Below, in pieces: positions 50,798 to 62,187 of a DNA stretch of 64,000 nt (positions are counted from its first letter, which is position 1; each line of letters opens with the position of its first letter). The translations under genes and the position numbers were made by a program. Source of the stretch: Felis catus (lineage: Eukaryota); assembly GCF_018350175.1 (NCBI RefSeq), contig NC_058373.1:116872001-116936000 (forward strand), in the 5' to 3' direction. The notes beneath the pieces are model-generated. The model searched no databases and was not told the DNA's origin. It worked only from the letters and a program-made list of their open reading frames with translations.

Positions 50798-51370
50798 AGA
50801 GCATGAAAAGAAAAAGAAAAAAAGCCCTCGCAAGGGGGCTCAAAGGGGGTCCTATGCCAGTCTGTCGTGCCAATATCCTAAAGAAAGCAGACTGCAGTTA
50901 TAGGTAACGTTCAAGAAGCTGAGACTATCTTTTACTGCGTGATCACAAACTGTTTTGTTATTTCTCTAATAATACGTGCAAAGTCTCCTTTGGAGTTATG
51001 AAAGGGGGAAGAGAGAGGGAGAGAAGGAGGAAGGGAGGGGGTTTCCAGTTCTGTTTTTCTACATGTACCGACAGGCTACCTTGGCCTGGGATTAGACCGA
51101 GAACTTTGGAGAGAAAAGGTAGAAAACGCTCACCTCTTGAAGTTTGCCTGCTGGTCTCCTAGCAACTGGCTTCTTGTTTGAGGCACAGCTGAGTGGCGTG
51201 GGGGCTCCCGACACCGTGAAGGGGCACCTACTCGCTTTTTCCCACCGGATGATGGAGTTGTAATTAATCTAAACACTCCATTCAAGCGGCAGTGAAGGAA
51301 AGAGGAAGAGTTCTCAGAATGAGCTTTTCTGAGTTGCCGTGCCTGGTGTTGTGACAAGAGAGGCACGTGT

Positions 51371-51588
51371 GGGGGCGCCTGGGTGGCGCAGTCGGTTAAG
51401 CGGCCGACTTCAGCCAGGTCATGATCTCGCGCTCGGTGAGTTCGAGCCCCGCGTCAGGCTCTGGGCTGACGGCTCAGAGCCTGGAGCCTGTTTCTGATTC
51501 TGTGTCTCCCTCTCTCTCTGCCCCTCCCCCGTTCATGCTCTGTCTCTCTCTGTCCCAAAAATAAATAAACGTTGAAAAAAAAAAAAAA
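51371..51588 (+). mobile_element. Felid-type CAN-SINE
   Basis: TSD agaggcacgtgtg. Confidence 0.95.
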
Positions 51589-52010
51589 GAGGCACGTGTG
51601 TGAGGGCCTGCTGCTCCCTCAGCCTCCTCGATGCCCAATGGGGGGCCAGGGGGCTACCTGACTGAGGGAGGTGGCCAGGTGAGGAGAGTGGGGCACTTTG
51701 GTGGAAGGTGAGGCATTCACTCCCAGGGTGAGGCAAATGACGACTCTCCACCTACGGGACCCCGAGAAGGACCCCTCCTAGATGCAGCAGGCCTTTTACC
51801 GCACCTCAGGCCCTAGCTGGACGGGGGCCTCCCCCAGGTCACCTGCTAGAGAAGGCACGTCTCGTCTCAAGACAGGATTTGCACTGAGACTGAGCCCCGT
51901 TACCAGGTCACTTGGTTTCTAAAGAAACAATAAAAATCTAGATTTGTGTGTGTGTGTGTGTGTGTGTGTGAGCATGCCCATGCACTAAAATCTCCCAATT
52001 TAAAAATATT

Positions 52011-52243
52011 TGGGGGCCCCTGGGTGGCTCAGTTGGTTAAGCATGTGACTTCGGCTCAGGTCATGATCTCATGGTTCCTGAGTTCGAGCCCTGTGTCGGG
52101 CTCTGGGTGACAGTTCAGAGCCTGGAGCCTCCTTCTGATTCTGTCTCCCTCTTTCTCTGCCCCCCCCCCCCCCATCTCACTCTCTGTCTCTTTCTTTCTC
52201 TCTCTCTCTCTCTCAAAAATAAGTAAATAAACATAAAAAAAAA
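52011..52243 (+). mobile_element. CAN-SINE
   Basis: SINE head, body and tail. Confidence 0.92.
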
Positions 52244-52546
52244 TTTTTCCTCACACTCTTTTCATTCACTTGAGATATGTAAGGCCCCCAATTCAAACCA
52301 TAACCCTTTGCTTAAATCTTTTCTAAGCAGTCTTTGCTGTTAAAATATCTTTTCTATCCCATTTCTAAAGCCATGCATCTCCCCTTCAAGCAGTGCGATG
52401 ATCTGGGAGTGTGAGAGGCATCTGAGGCTTTCCGGTCCCACAGCTCGGCCTGGGAGCCCTGTCCCACCAGACACAGGGCTGCAGGAGAGGGGAGACCCTA
52501 GCCATTGGGAGCCGGAAGCTTGATGACCGGGGCTTGCCATCAGTGT

Positions 52547-53009
52547 TTTTGTTTTTAATTTTTAATTTAATTTAATTTTATTTTTTTTTCAACGTTTTTA
52601 TTTATTTTTGGGACAGAGAGAGACAGAGCATGAACGGGGGAGGGGCAGAGAGAGAGGGAGACACAGAACTGGAAACAGGCTCCAGGCTCTGAGCCATCAG
52701 CCCAGAGCCTGACGCGGGGCTCGAACTCACGGACCGCGAGATCGTGACCCGGCTGAAGTCGGACGCTTAACCGACTGCGCCACCCAGGCGCCCCTGTTTT
52801 TAATTTTTTAAGTGTTTAATTTTTTTTGAGAGAGAGGGAGAGACAGAGCAGGCGAGGGGCAGAGAGAGAGGGAGACACAGAATCCGAAGCAGGCGCCCGG
52901 CTCCGGGCTGTCAGCACAGAGCCCGCCCTGGGGCTCGAACTCACAAACCCTGAGATCATGACTTGAACTGAAGTCAGACACTTAACCAACTGAACCGCCC
53001 AAGTGCCCC
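52547..53009 (-). mobile_element. Nested SINE pair: young SINE (~52565-52794) inserted in the tail of an older SINE
   Basis: Inner TSD tgtttttaattttt (52550 and 52795); outer TSD ccatcagtgt (52537-52546 and 53011-53020). Confidence 0.9.
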
Positions 53010-53221
53010 ACCATCAGTGTGTGTAGAAGTGAAGCGTTGATGCAAAAGCACTGCAGAGGAAGAGAATGGAGAGTGCACGTCTGGGGCGCAGGTGCAGGCT
53101 GGGCAGTGGTTTAGCCAAGGGCAAACCTGTGAGGCTGAGTTCTGCTCCTGAGCAGGTTCCAGTAGACCATGGCAGACCCGCTCACCCACTTGCAAAAAGC
53201 AGGGAAGGAACTCAATAAGTT

Positions 53222-53423
53222 AGGGCGACTGGGTGGCTCAGTTGGTTAAGCGTCTGACTTCAGCTCAGGCCATGATCTCCTGGTCGTGGGTTCCAGCCCC
53301 ACATGGGGCTCTGTGCTGACAACAAAGGAGCCTGTTTCAGATCCTCTGTCTCCCTCTCTCTCTGCCCCTCCCCCACTCACGCTTTCTCTCTCTCAAAAAT
53401 AAACATTAAAAGAAAAAAAAAAA
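53222..53423 (+). mobile_element. CAN-SINE
   Basis: SINE head, body and tail. Confidence 0.92.
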
Positions 53424-53452
53424 ACCTGGTGAATTACAAAAGTCCTGTTTTT

Positions 53453-53684
53453 TTTTTCTTTTAAAAAAAATTTTTTTTTCAACGTTTATTTATTTTTTTG
53501 GGACAGAGAGAGACAGAGCATGAACGGGGGAGGGGCAGAGAGAGAGGGAGACACAGAATCGGAAACAGGCTCCAGGCTCCGAGCCATCAGCCCAGAGCCT
53601 GACGCGGGGCTCGAACTCCCGGACCTTGAGATCGTGACCTGGCTGAAGTCGGACGCTTAACCGACTGCACCACCCAGGCGCCCC
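53453..53684 (-). mobile_element. Young felid-type CAN-SINE
   Basis: TSD acaaaagtcctgttttt. Confidence 0.95.
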
Positions 53685-54878
53685 ACAAAAGTCCTGTTTT
53701 TAATGGTATCTAAGAGGTGAGGAAGCTGCAGGAATAAATGGACTAAAATTTCAGAAAGGGGAGAACTGATTGTGGTCTGGGCTGAGGCTACCTGCCCCCC
53801 TAGGGGCAGAGAATGTGGCAGATCCCCGAGATCCTGTGGGGCTGGGCTGCCCAAAGCAGGGCTTTTAGGAGCCTCAAACACGTGGCTGGTCCTCCCTAAG
53901 CATCTTCTGAATCTGAGGCTGGATGGGTGACCAAAGAGTTAAGTGAGAAATTTTAAAAGGTGAGCGAGAGATATCCATCCTATCCTCTGGAGGTGCTAAA
54001 GAAAGGGAAATTGTCAGGAGTAGCTGAACCGAATACAAAGAGGCAACAGACGAAGGCTGTAGAGGGGGGTACTGCCCTGAGGTCCCACGGGTCCTTTTCA
54101 CCTGCTGTGGTTACTTACAGATTCTTCTGGAAGCTGTGAGAGCCCAGGAACCTAGGCTTACCCCTACGCCCGGTGCTGGAGGACAAAGAACTTAGGACAT
54201 TTATGAGACAGGGTGACCTGACTGAAGACCAGAGAGACCTCAAGCAGATGTCTGGGCTCCCTCCTGACACACACCAAATTTAGAATCTGTGCGAGGCGAG
54301 GTACTAAAAAGCAAAGCGAAAAACCTGTGAAGGCGGGGCTGAATCTCCTGCAGTCTTTCCGGGTTAAGGGGACAGAGAACTGCCAGGCTCCAGGTGAAAT
54401 CTCTGGGGAGCCACACCCAGGAATAGGGGTAAGCTGAGGGTAGACGGCGTCTTCCCATAACTCTTACCAAAACTGTATCCGCCTCTTGATCCAGCACAGT
54501 CTCCGAAGAAGGGTCTCCTGCCTGATGCCTGATGCCGAAAGGGTAGACAACATTATCTGGAGCCTTTGTAGGTCTTTATCAAAATGTCTGGCAGACAATA
54601 AAAATTTGCTAAAGAGCAAAAATCATGTCACATATAACAAAGTAAAAAAAAAAAAAAAGGCAATAGAAATAAACCCACCTGTGGCCCAGATATTAGCAGT
54701 TAAGAACTGTTAAGTGACCGAATGGAAAATGCCACCAGATGTTTGGAATAGAATCTTTAAAAAGAATCAAATGGACACTAAACACACTAAAACGGGGAGG
54801 TCAATGGGTTTAATGGCAGGTTGTGAACACGGTTTACTAACTAGTTGGAAGATGGGTCTTCAGAAAATATTCAGAACA

Positions 54879-55080
54879 GGGGCGCCTGGGTAGCTCAGTC
54901 AGTTAAGCGTCCGACTTCGGCTCAGGTCATGATCTCATGGTCCGTGAGTCAAGCTGACGGCTCAGAGCCTGGACCCTGTTTTGGATTCTGTGTCTCCCTC
55001 TCTCTCTGACCCTCCCCTGTTCATGCTCTGTCTCTCTCTGTCTCAAAAATAAATAAACGTTAAAAAAAAATTAAAAAAAA
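54879..55080 (+). mobile_element. CAN-SINE with a short internal deletion, within old L1M ORF1-like remnants (~54550-55290)
   Basis: SINE body lacking the gagccccgcgtcgggctct segment; ttcagaaca on both flanks. Confidence 0.88.
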
Positions 55081-56059
55081 TTTCAGAACAAATGACATAG
55101 AGAAATACGGAAAAAGAAACATCAATGGTGTGACACGTGGGATAGAGTCTCAGAAGGAGCAGAGAGAGACAACAGAAGGGAAACTTACGGGAATTAGGAC
55201 TGACCAATTTCTCAAATTGCTGAAAGACGTCACCCCACAGATTCCGAAAGCTCAGTGATCCCCAAGTAAGATGAATCCAATGTGCTGTTTCTAGAGCCTG
55301 GATTGAGTACGTTAACAAATAAGGGCTTGGACTTGGACCGATACAAGTATTTATTCAGGGGCATCAACCACCTTTGGTTAGAGAATGGATGGATTCCAAG
55401 AAACTCTCTCGGATCATGCCCTGTTTCCAAGGCACTGCATCCGCGGAAAATCTTCCTGCTTTGCTCCTGTTTTCCTCCTTTGAGGGCAATCTGTTGAAGA
55501 TGTGTTGATCCTCCAAGACCTGTTAGCACCGACCGCTCACCACCGCTCCTCATGCTTGGGTTGCAGGGAGGGCGCTCCTGCTGTATTCAGGAGGGGCTAG
55601 TGTTGCAGAAAGGCCTCCGTTCCCTCCCTTCCACTTGGCTCTATCTCCTTATGGAAAGAGGCAGCATTTTGGGGACTGGAGAATCAGAGAAGTCTGACGC
55701 TTCACTGCCACCTATTTCTCTGGGGAGGCTGGTGTGTTAAAAATGCCTACCGTACGTGGCCTTCCTTTCCCTTCTGCATTCAACCTGCGCGAGACGGTGG
55801 ACCTCCCTGCCGGCTGCTGGCTGAGTCTGCCATGCTCCCTGGGTTTTCTCCCGAACCCCTTGTGTGTGCAGTTCCTGAGGTCTAGACTCTATGAGAGAAG
55901 GTGAGAGTGTTTTTTTTTTTTTTTTTTTTTTGTCTGCAGGCCCAAGCCTCATTCTCGAATCCAGTTTTACATGCCATATTTTACTCCCTATTACGTTTCC
56001 TAATTGGTTCAAACTCCAAGCGGGTAGAGCGAGCTTTATTATCACCCGCAAGACCCCAA

Positions 56060-56305
56060 TAAGAAACACCTCGAAAGTTACATCTTCTCTTAAGCCCTTC
56101 TCATCCCTTCGGAGCAGAATGAACTTCTTCCTTTCTGGCTCTGAGGCAATTTATTATAGCAACACACTGTGCAGTAATTACTTCTTCATCTCGAAGTCTT
56201 CCGCACCAGGCTTGGGTTCTTGGAGGCAGGTGCCATATCTGATCTGTTTTTGTTTCCTCATATCATCGGAGAGCATCCTGCACATTCTAGGTATTCAAGT
56301 TTTGT
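56060..56305 (+). mobile_element. L2 3' end relic
   Basis: ttcttggaggcagg...tctgatctgttttgtttcctca...gcacattctaggtattcaag resembles the L2 terminus. Confidence 0.5.
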
Positions 56306-56319
56306 TTAAGGACGGGACT

Positions 56320-57611
56320 CTGGAAGTCAGCAAATATCACCACGTGAGAATCGCTAGTGCTAACAACCCGTTCTTTGCAGCTGTTTTCAATATCAGGTTC
56401 AGGGTAATTGAGAGGAACACTGAAAGGACCCCATGAAGAAACGCTGTTTTTGCTCCTTTTCCTGCCTTTTTTTTTTTTTTTTTAATCCAAGTGAGTTAAC
56501 ATATAGTGTAGTAATGATTTCAGGAATGGAATTTAGTGATTCATAGAACACCCAGTGCTCATCGCAACAAGTGCCCTCCTTAACGCCCATCCCCCATCCA
56601 GACCATCCCCCCCCCCAGCACCCCTCCAGCAACCCTCAGTTTGTGCTCCGTATTTACGGTTTGCCTCTCTCTCAGTTTTTATCTTATCTTTGCTTCCCTT
56701 CCCCCATGCTCATCTGTTTTGTTTCTTAAATTCCACACATGAGTAAAATCGTAGGGTACTTTTCTTTCTCTGACTTATTTCACTTAGCATAATACACGCT
56801 AGTTCCACCCACATTGTTGCAAATGGCAACATTTCATTCTTTCTAATCGCTGAGTAAGATTCCAGTGTATGTATATACCACATCTTCCTTATCCATTCAT
56901 CAGTCGATGGACATTGGAGCTCTTTCCATAATTTGGCTATTGTTGATAGCGCTGCTCTAAACAGGGGGGTGCACGTGCCCCTTCAAAACAGCATTTTTGT
57001 GTCCTTTGGATAAATACCTCATCGTGCAATTGCTGGCTCATAGGGTAGTTCTGTTTTTATTTGAGGAGCCTCCATACTGTTCTCCAGAGTGGCTGCCCCG
57101 CTTCACGTTCCCACCAACAGTTCCTGCTTCTATTCTTGTTAGCCCTTGAGCCTCTGCGCGCCCCTTATAGTGCAGATCGTATACGTCCCCCTTGCAAAGG
57201 TCAAGGAGGTAATGAGTTCTCTGGGGTCTTGCAGCACAATGGATGATATCTAAGGAGTGACTTGGTGGCGTGGTCAGGTAGGTTTTCCGAGACCACTGAC
57301 TCCTGATACCGAGGACCCTGGCTCCAGGGCAGAAGTGACTTCTGGAGGACACCTGAGCACCCTGCCTTGTTTTGGCCGGTTCCTGGATGCCTGAGAGGAC
57401 ACGCACACCAGACTCCAAGCAGAGACCAGACTCTCTCTTTTCCTTTTTGAGTCTCCTAGACGCTGTGTCAACATCCGCGCTCTCTGTGTCTTCAATAAAC
57501 CCTGATCTCGCTTCCTCCTGCTCACGTTTGATTTCTATCCCGTGTGAAGCCAAGGACCTTCTTAGCTGGTCCTGCAGGCCCTCCTTTGGGTCCTCGACTC
57601 GGTCTGCGACC
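56320..57611 (+). mobile_element. Probable ERV solo LTR interrupted by an L1; left boundary uncertain
   Basis: AATAAA at 57494-57499 followed by U5-like atttctatcccgtgtgaagccaaggacc; no PBS or gag follows. Confidence 0.6.
56467..57120 (-). mobile_element. 5'-truncated carnivore L1 3' end
   Basis: T tail then antisense L1 3' UTR; ttcctgc on both flanks. Confidence 0.9.
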
Positions 57612-58522
57612 TCATAACCAAGAACGGGCTATTTGGAAAGGATGACTCTTAGACGACAAAATTTTCTTCTCGAAGTGTCAAGTCTAAATTTTTTTTTACC
57701 CGTTTGAAAGAAAAAAATGTTTCCATACATTTGTAAACACATATCGATATCTATACTTTATTATATATATTTTTTCTGCTCTCTGAAATAGAACATCTTG
57801 AGTATAGTACAATCTTCCAAAGTCTCAGGACCACAGCCCACAAAGGCTATCGAGATAGAGGTTTCTTCGTGCATGCATCAAGTGACTGCGGTGATTTCCA
57901 AGTTCAGGGCTCTCCATCTTTCCCTTTCCTGCTATCCGACATGCCACAGTGGTGGTCTACACTGCTGGGTGGTTGCTGTGTCTATCACCCCACACTTGGC
58001 TCAGGTGCTGGGGAAGGTGTACGTGTGGAGGTGGGGGGATGTATGGCAAGGAGCACAGGAGAAGGTGACAGTCGGGCACTGGAGGAGGTTCCACTTCTTA
58101 AAGAGATAATAGGCATGGGGGAAGGGGAGCAGGGACAGGGAAAAGGCGACCTTGGAACCGCTTGCAGGAGAAAGATGGGATTTGTTGCGCTTTATTTGTT
58201 GATGAGCTCACCCTTAGTGGTGACTTTGAATTAATTTACTTTAAACATCTTAAATACAGCACAACAATATAGTTTGGTGCGGTGAGCTGAGCAATGAACC
58301 TTCCCAGACTGAGCTGGCTTAGGAATGAAAATACAGTCCCCGAGGGAATTTAACACAGAAGGAATTTGGTTTAGTTTGTAAAGTAAAACAATTTTTAACG
58401 GCATGTCTTACTAATTACTAGGGAGATGAAATGTCAGCTTTGGAATCACTTAGGAAGTTTTAGCCAACATCAAAATATATCCAGATGCTGACTCCACTCC
58501 CAAATTGGATTATATGTATTTT

Positions 58523-58730
58523 TTTTTTCAACGTTTATTTATTTTTGGGACAGAGAGAGACAGAGCATGAACGGGGGAGGGGCAGAGAGAGTGGGAGACA
58601 CAGAATCGGAAACAGGCTCCAGGCTCTGAGCCATCAGCCCAGAGCCCGACGCGGGGCTCGAACTCCTGGACCGCGAGATGGTGACCTGGCTGAAGGCGGG
58701 CGCTTACCGACTGCGCCACCCAGGCGCCCC
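58523..58730 (-). mobile_element. Young felid-type CAN-SINE
   Basis: 16-bp TSD ggattatatgtatttt (58507-58522 and 58731-58746). Confidence 0.95.
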
Positions 58731-59132
58731 GGATTATATGTATTTTAAGAAAGACCTGTGTAGGCAGTTTTTATCAACCATGTCACACACAAAGCAGGAA
58801 AGCAAGGGAATAATGTACAAGACTTTATTTCCCTGTTGAATTTATATTGAAAAGATTTTTTTTTGTTTGTTGTTTTCTTTGGATTTTTTTCCTACAATTT
58901 GTTGACAAGTGTAGCTTCATGCGTTTTTATTTAATTTAGAGAAATCACTCTGTGTCCTATTAAGGGTCTCTCGTGAGTCCCTCTTAGTTATGAAAATATA
59001 AGGAGAGCTGGCCTCACACGTCATTACTTTCACCAAAAGTAAACGTGACTCATCAAACCTACAGGCAAAAGGCCAGGAATATGTTCCACCTCTTGGAGAA
59101 AGGAGGACCAAATAACATGTGGACATATTTTT

Positions 59133-59354
59133 ATTTATTATTTTTTTTTAATTTTGTAAACGTTTTTATTTAGTTTTGAGAGACAGAGCCTGAGCAGAGG
59201 TGGGGCAGAGAGAGAGGGAGATACAGAATCGGAAGCAGGCTTCAGGCTCTGAGCTGTCAGCACAGAGCCCGACGCAGGGCTCGAACTCACAGACCGCGAG
59301 ATCATGACCTGAGCCGGAGAAGGACGCTCAACCAACTGAGCCACCAAGGAGCCC
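59133..59354 (-). mobile_element. CAN-SINE
   Basis: SINE body; diverged TSD tg(t/a)gga..tattttta. Confidence 0.92.
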
Positions 59355-59380
59355 TGAGGATGTATTTTTAAATCACCGCA

Positions 59381-59522
59381 GAGTTTGAGCCCCACATCAG
59401 GCTCTGCGCTGACAGTGTGGAGTCTGCTTGGGATTCTCTCTCTCCCTCTTTCTCTGCCCCTCTCCCACTCGTGCACATACTTTCTCTCTCTCTTTCTCAA
59501 AAATAAATAAACATTAAAAAAA
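59381..59522 (+). mobile_element. 5'-truncated CAN-SINE
   Basis: Begins at gagtttgagccccacatcaggctctg; (CT)n and A tail. Confidence 0.85.
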
Positions 59523-59953
59523 TAAATCGCCATGAAATATTGTGCCCTCTATAAAGGGTGTAGAGGAAGATCTGATGAATGGAAAGATAGATATCCCATG
59601 TGTTAGCATGGGCAATATGCTACTAATATAAACATGTCAACCCCCTCCCTCAGTTATCTAAAAATTTACTGTCGTCAAAATGAGGACTCAGTTTTAACCT
59701 GTTTGAGATTTTGAAAAGCTTATGCTAAAATTTATATGGAAAAAAGGCAATCTACAACTAGGTAAGATAATTTCAACTTTCACAAAGAAGCATAAGGAGG
59801 GGTGCTTGCCCTATCGTATGTTAGACACATCAGAGACTTATAATAAAAACCACGCCAAGCCCAAAACAGAGTGATATCAGCAGAAGAACAGTCAAATGGA
59901 CTGTTGGAACAGAAAAGAAAGCTGATAAAGAGAGATACAAACATATATGAGAA

Positions 59954-60334
59954 TTTAAAAATGTATACTATTTAAAATATGTATACTATTTAAAAATGTA
60001 TACTAAAAAATGTATACTATTTAAAAATATGTAGGGGCGCCTGGGTGGCGCAGTCGGTTAAGCGTCCGACTTCAGCCAGGTCACGATCTCGCGGTCCGGG
60101 AGTTCGAGCCCCGCATCGGGCTCTGGGCTGATGGCTCAGAGCCTGGAGCCTGTTTCCGATTCTGTGTCTCCCTCTCTCTCTGCCCCTCCCCCGTTCATGC
60201 TCTGTCTCTCTCTGTCCCAAAAATAAATAAACGTTGAAAAAAAAAGTAAATAAAAAAATAAATAAAAATATGTATACTACTTAAAATATGTATACTATTT
60301 AAAAATGTATACTATTAATAAATAGTATACATTT
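59954..60334. repeat. AT-rich ~17-18-bp tandem repeat (TTTAAAA[T]ATGTATACTA) split by a SINE
   Basis: About five units before and three after the SINE, plus one inverted unit. Confidence 0.9.
60034..60262 (+). mobile_element. Young felid-type CAN-SINE
   Basis: Intact CpG-rich body; TSD aaaaatatgta. Confidence 0.95.
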
Positions 60335-60920
60335 GTTTAAATAAAAATTATTTCTTTTCAAAATAATAAACTGTGGATATATTTTGATAGAACGAGAGAA
60401 GATGTTTGTAATGTCTAAAACTGAAAAGGGATTAATATCTAGAACACTGCTTCTGAAAATTTAATAGGCATATGAATTCCTTGGAGATCTTGTTAAACTT
60501 CAGCTTCTAATTCAATAGGTCTGGGGTGGGGCTCTGAATTCTGCATTTCTAACAAACTTCTGGCTGATGCTAATACTTCTGAAAAGCAAGGATCAAGAAT
60601 ATACAATAAACTCCCCCAGTGGGAGAAACCCCAATAGAAAAATGGGCAAAAAGTCATGAGCACATGATTTATACATAGAAAACCCAAAAGGCCATCAAAG
60701 GTGTAAAAAGTCTCAAACTCATTAATTACCAGATACATGCAATTTAAAACAATAACAAGATATTATTTCACATATATCAGGGTATCAAAAATTAGGAAGA
60801 TTAAAAATGCCAATTATTGGTATGGATTTGGAGAATACGGAAACACTCATGCACTGCTGGTGGGAGGGTAGACTGGTGTAGCCATTTTTCTGAGCAATCT
60901 AGTACTACTTGTTAAATTTA

Positions 60921-61135
60921 TGTGTTTATGTGTTTATTTGTTTATTTTAGAGAGAGAAAGAAAGACAGAGCATGAGTGGGGGAGGGGCAGAGAGCGAGGG
61001 AGACACAGAATCCAAAGCAGGCTCCAGGCTCTGAGCTGTTGGTACAGAGCCCGACATGGGGCTCGAACTCAAACTGTGAGATCCTGACCTGAGCTGAAGT
61101 CAGACACTAAACGGACTGAACCACCCAGGCACCCC
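60921..61135 (-). mobile_element. CAN-SINE
   Basis: TSD cta(c/t)ttgttaaattta. Confidence 0.92.
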
Positions 61136-62187
61136 GCTATTTGTTAAATTTAAATGTATTCACACCAGATGTACAGGCACTCTACTCCTGGTTACATTTT
61201 TCCCAAAAAATTTTCCCAAAAGACTCATAAGAAGACATTTTTATTTATAAAGATGTTTGTTAGATCATTATTTATGGTGCTAAGAATATGGGGGTTAATA
61301 CTTGAGAGAGTGGACAGATGCCCACCTTCGAACATGCGCCATGTTGATGGATCAGAAATCTTAATGTTGTTAGGATGACAGTACCCACCTAATTGATGTA
61401 CAGATTTAACACAATCCCTATTAAAATCCTAGGTACTTTTTCTGCAGAAATTGACAAACTGATCTTAAAACTCAAATGGTAATAATGCAAAGGACACAGA
61501 AGAGCTACTTGGGACTTTTGGCATGATGGAATGAGAATCTGGAATGGAATCTGGCCAATCCAGCAACCAATCTTACTCAAGGGTAAAAGGCTCAATGCTT
61601 TTCCCCTAAGATGAGGAACAAAACAATAATGCCCTATCTTGCCACTGCTATTCAACATTCTACCAGAGCTTCTAGCCAGAGGAGTTAGGCAAGAAGAATA
61701 GATAAAAGACATTCAGATTGTAAAGAAAAAAGTAAAACCATCTCTATTTGTAGTGACATGATTTTGTATATAGAAAACTGTAAAGAATCTACTTAAAATA
61801 TTATCATAATTAATAAGCAAGTTTAGCGAGGTTGAAGGATACAAATCAATATATAAAAGTCAATTATATTTTTATATACTTGCACTAAACAATTAAAAAA
61901 AATTAATAGTGCAATTCCATTTACAATAGCATCAAAAAGAATAAAAAACTTAGAAATACATTTCAAAAAGGGGTGCAAAACATACACTCTGAAAACTACA
62001 ATACATTGTTAAAAGAAATTAAAAGAAGACCTAATAAACAGAAAGCCATTTCATGTTCATGGATCAGGAGATTTTATATTTATATGACAATATTCCCCAA
62101 ACGGATCTACAAATTCAGGGCAATCCCTATCAAAATCCCAGCTGGCTTCTTTGTAGAAATTGACAAGCTGATTCTAAAACTTGTATG

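Larger units (their letters stand above)
59530..62187 (+). mobile_element. Mosaic of old L1 ORF2/3' fragments with nested SINEs and a MER5-like insert (~60445-60580)
   Basis: Repeated L1 ORF2 segments, e.g. LLKEIKRRPNKQKAISCSWIRR...[23 protein letters not shown]. Confidence 0.75.

Noticed and set aside
53792..53809. Quasi-palindrome ctgcccccctaggggcag as a CTCF site
   Set aside because: The G run is one base too long for the core spacing; weak match.
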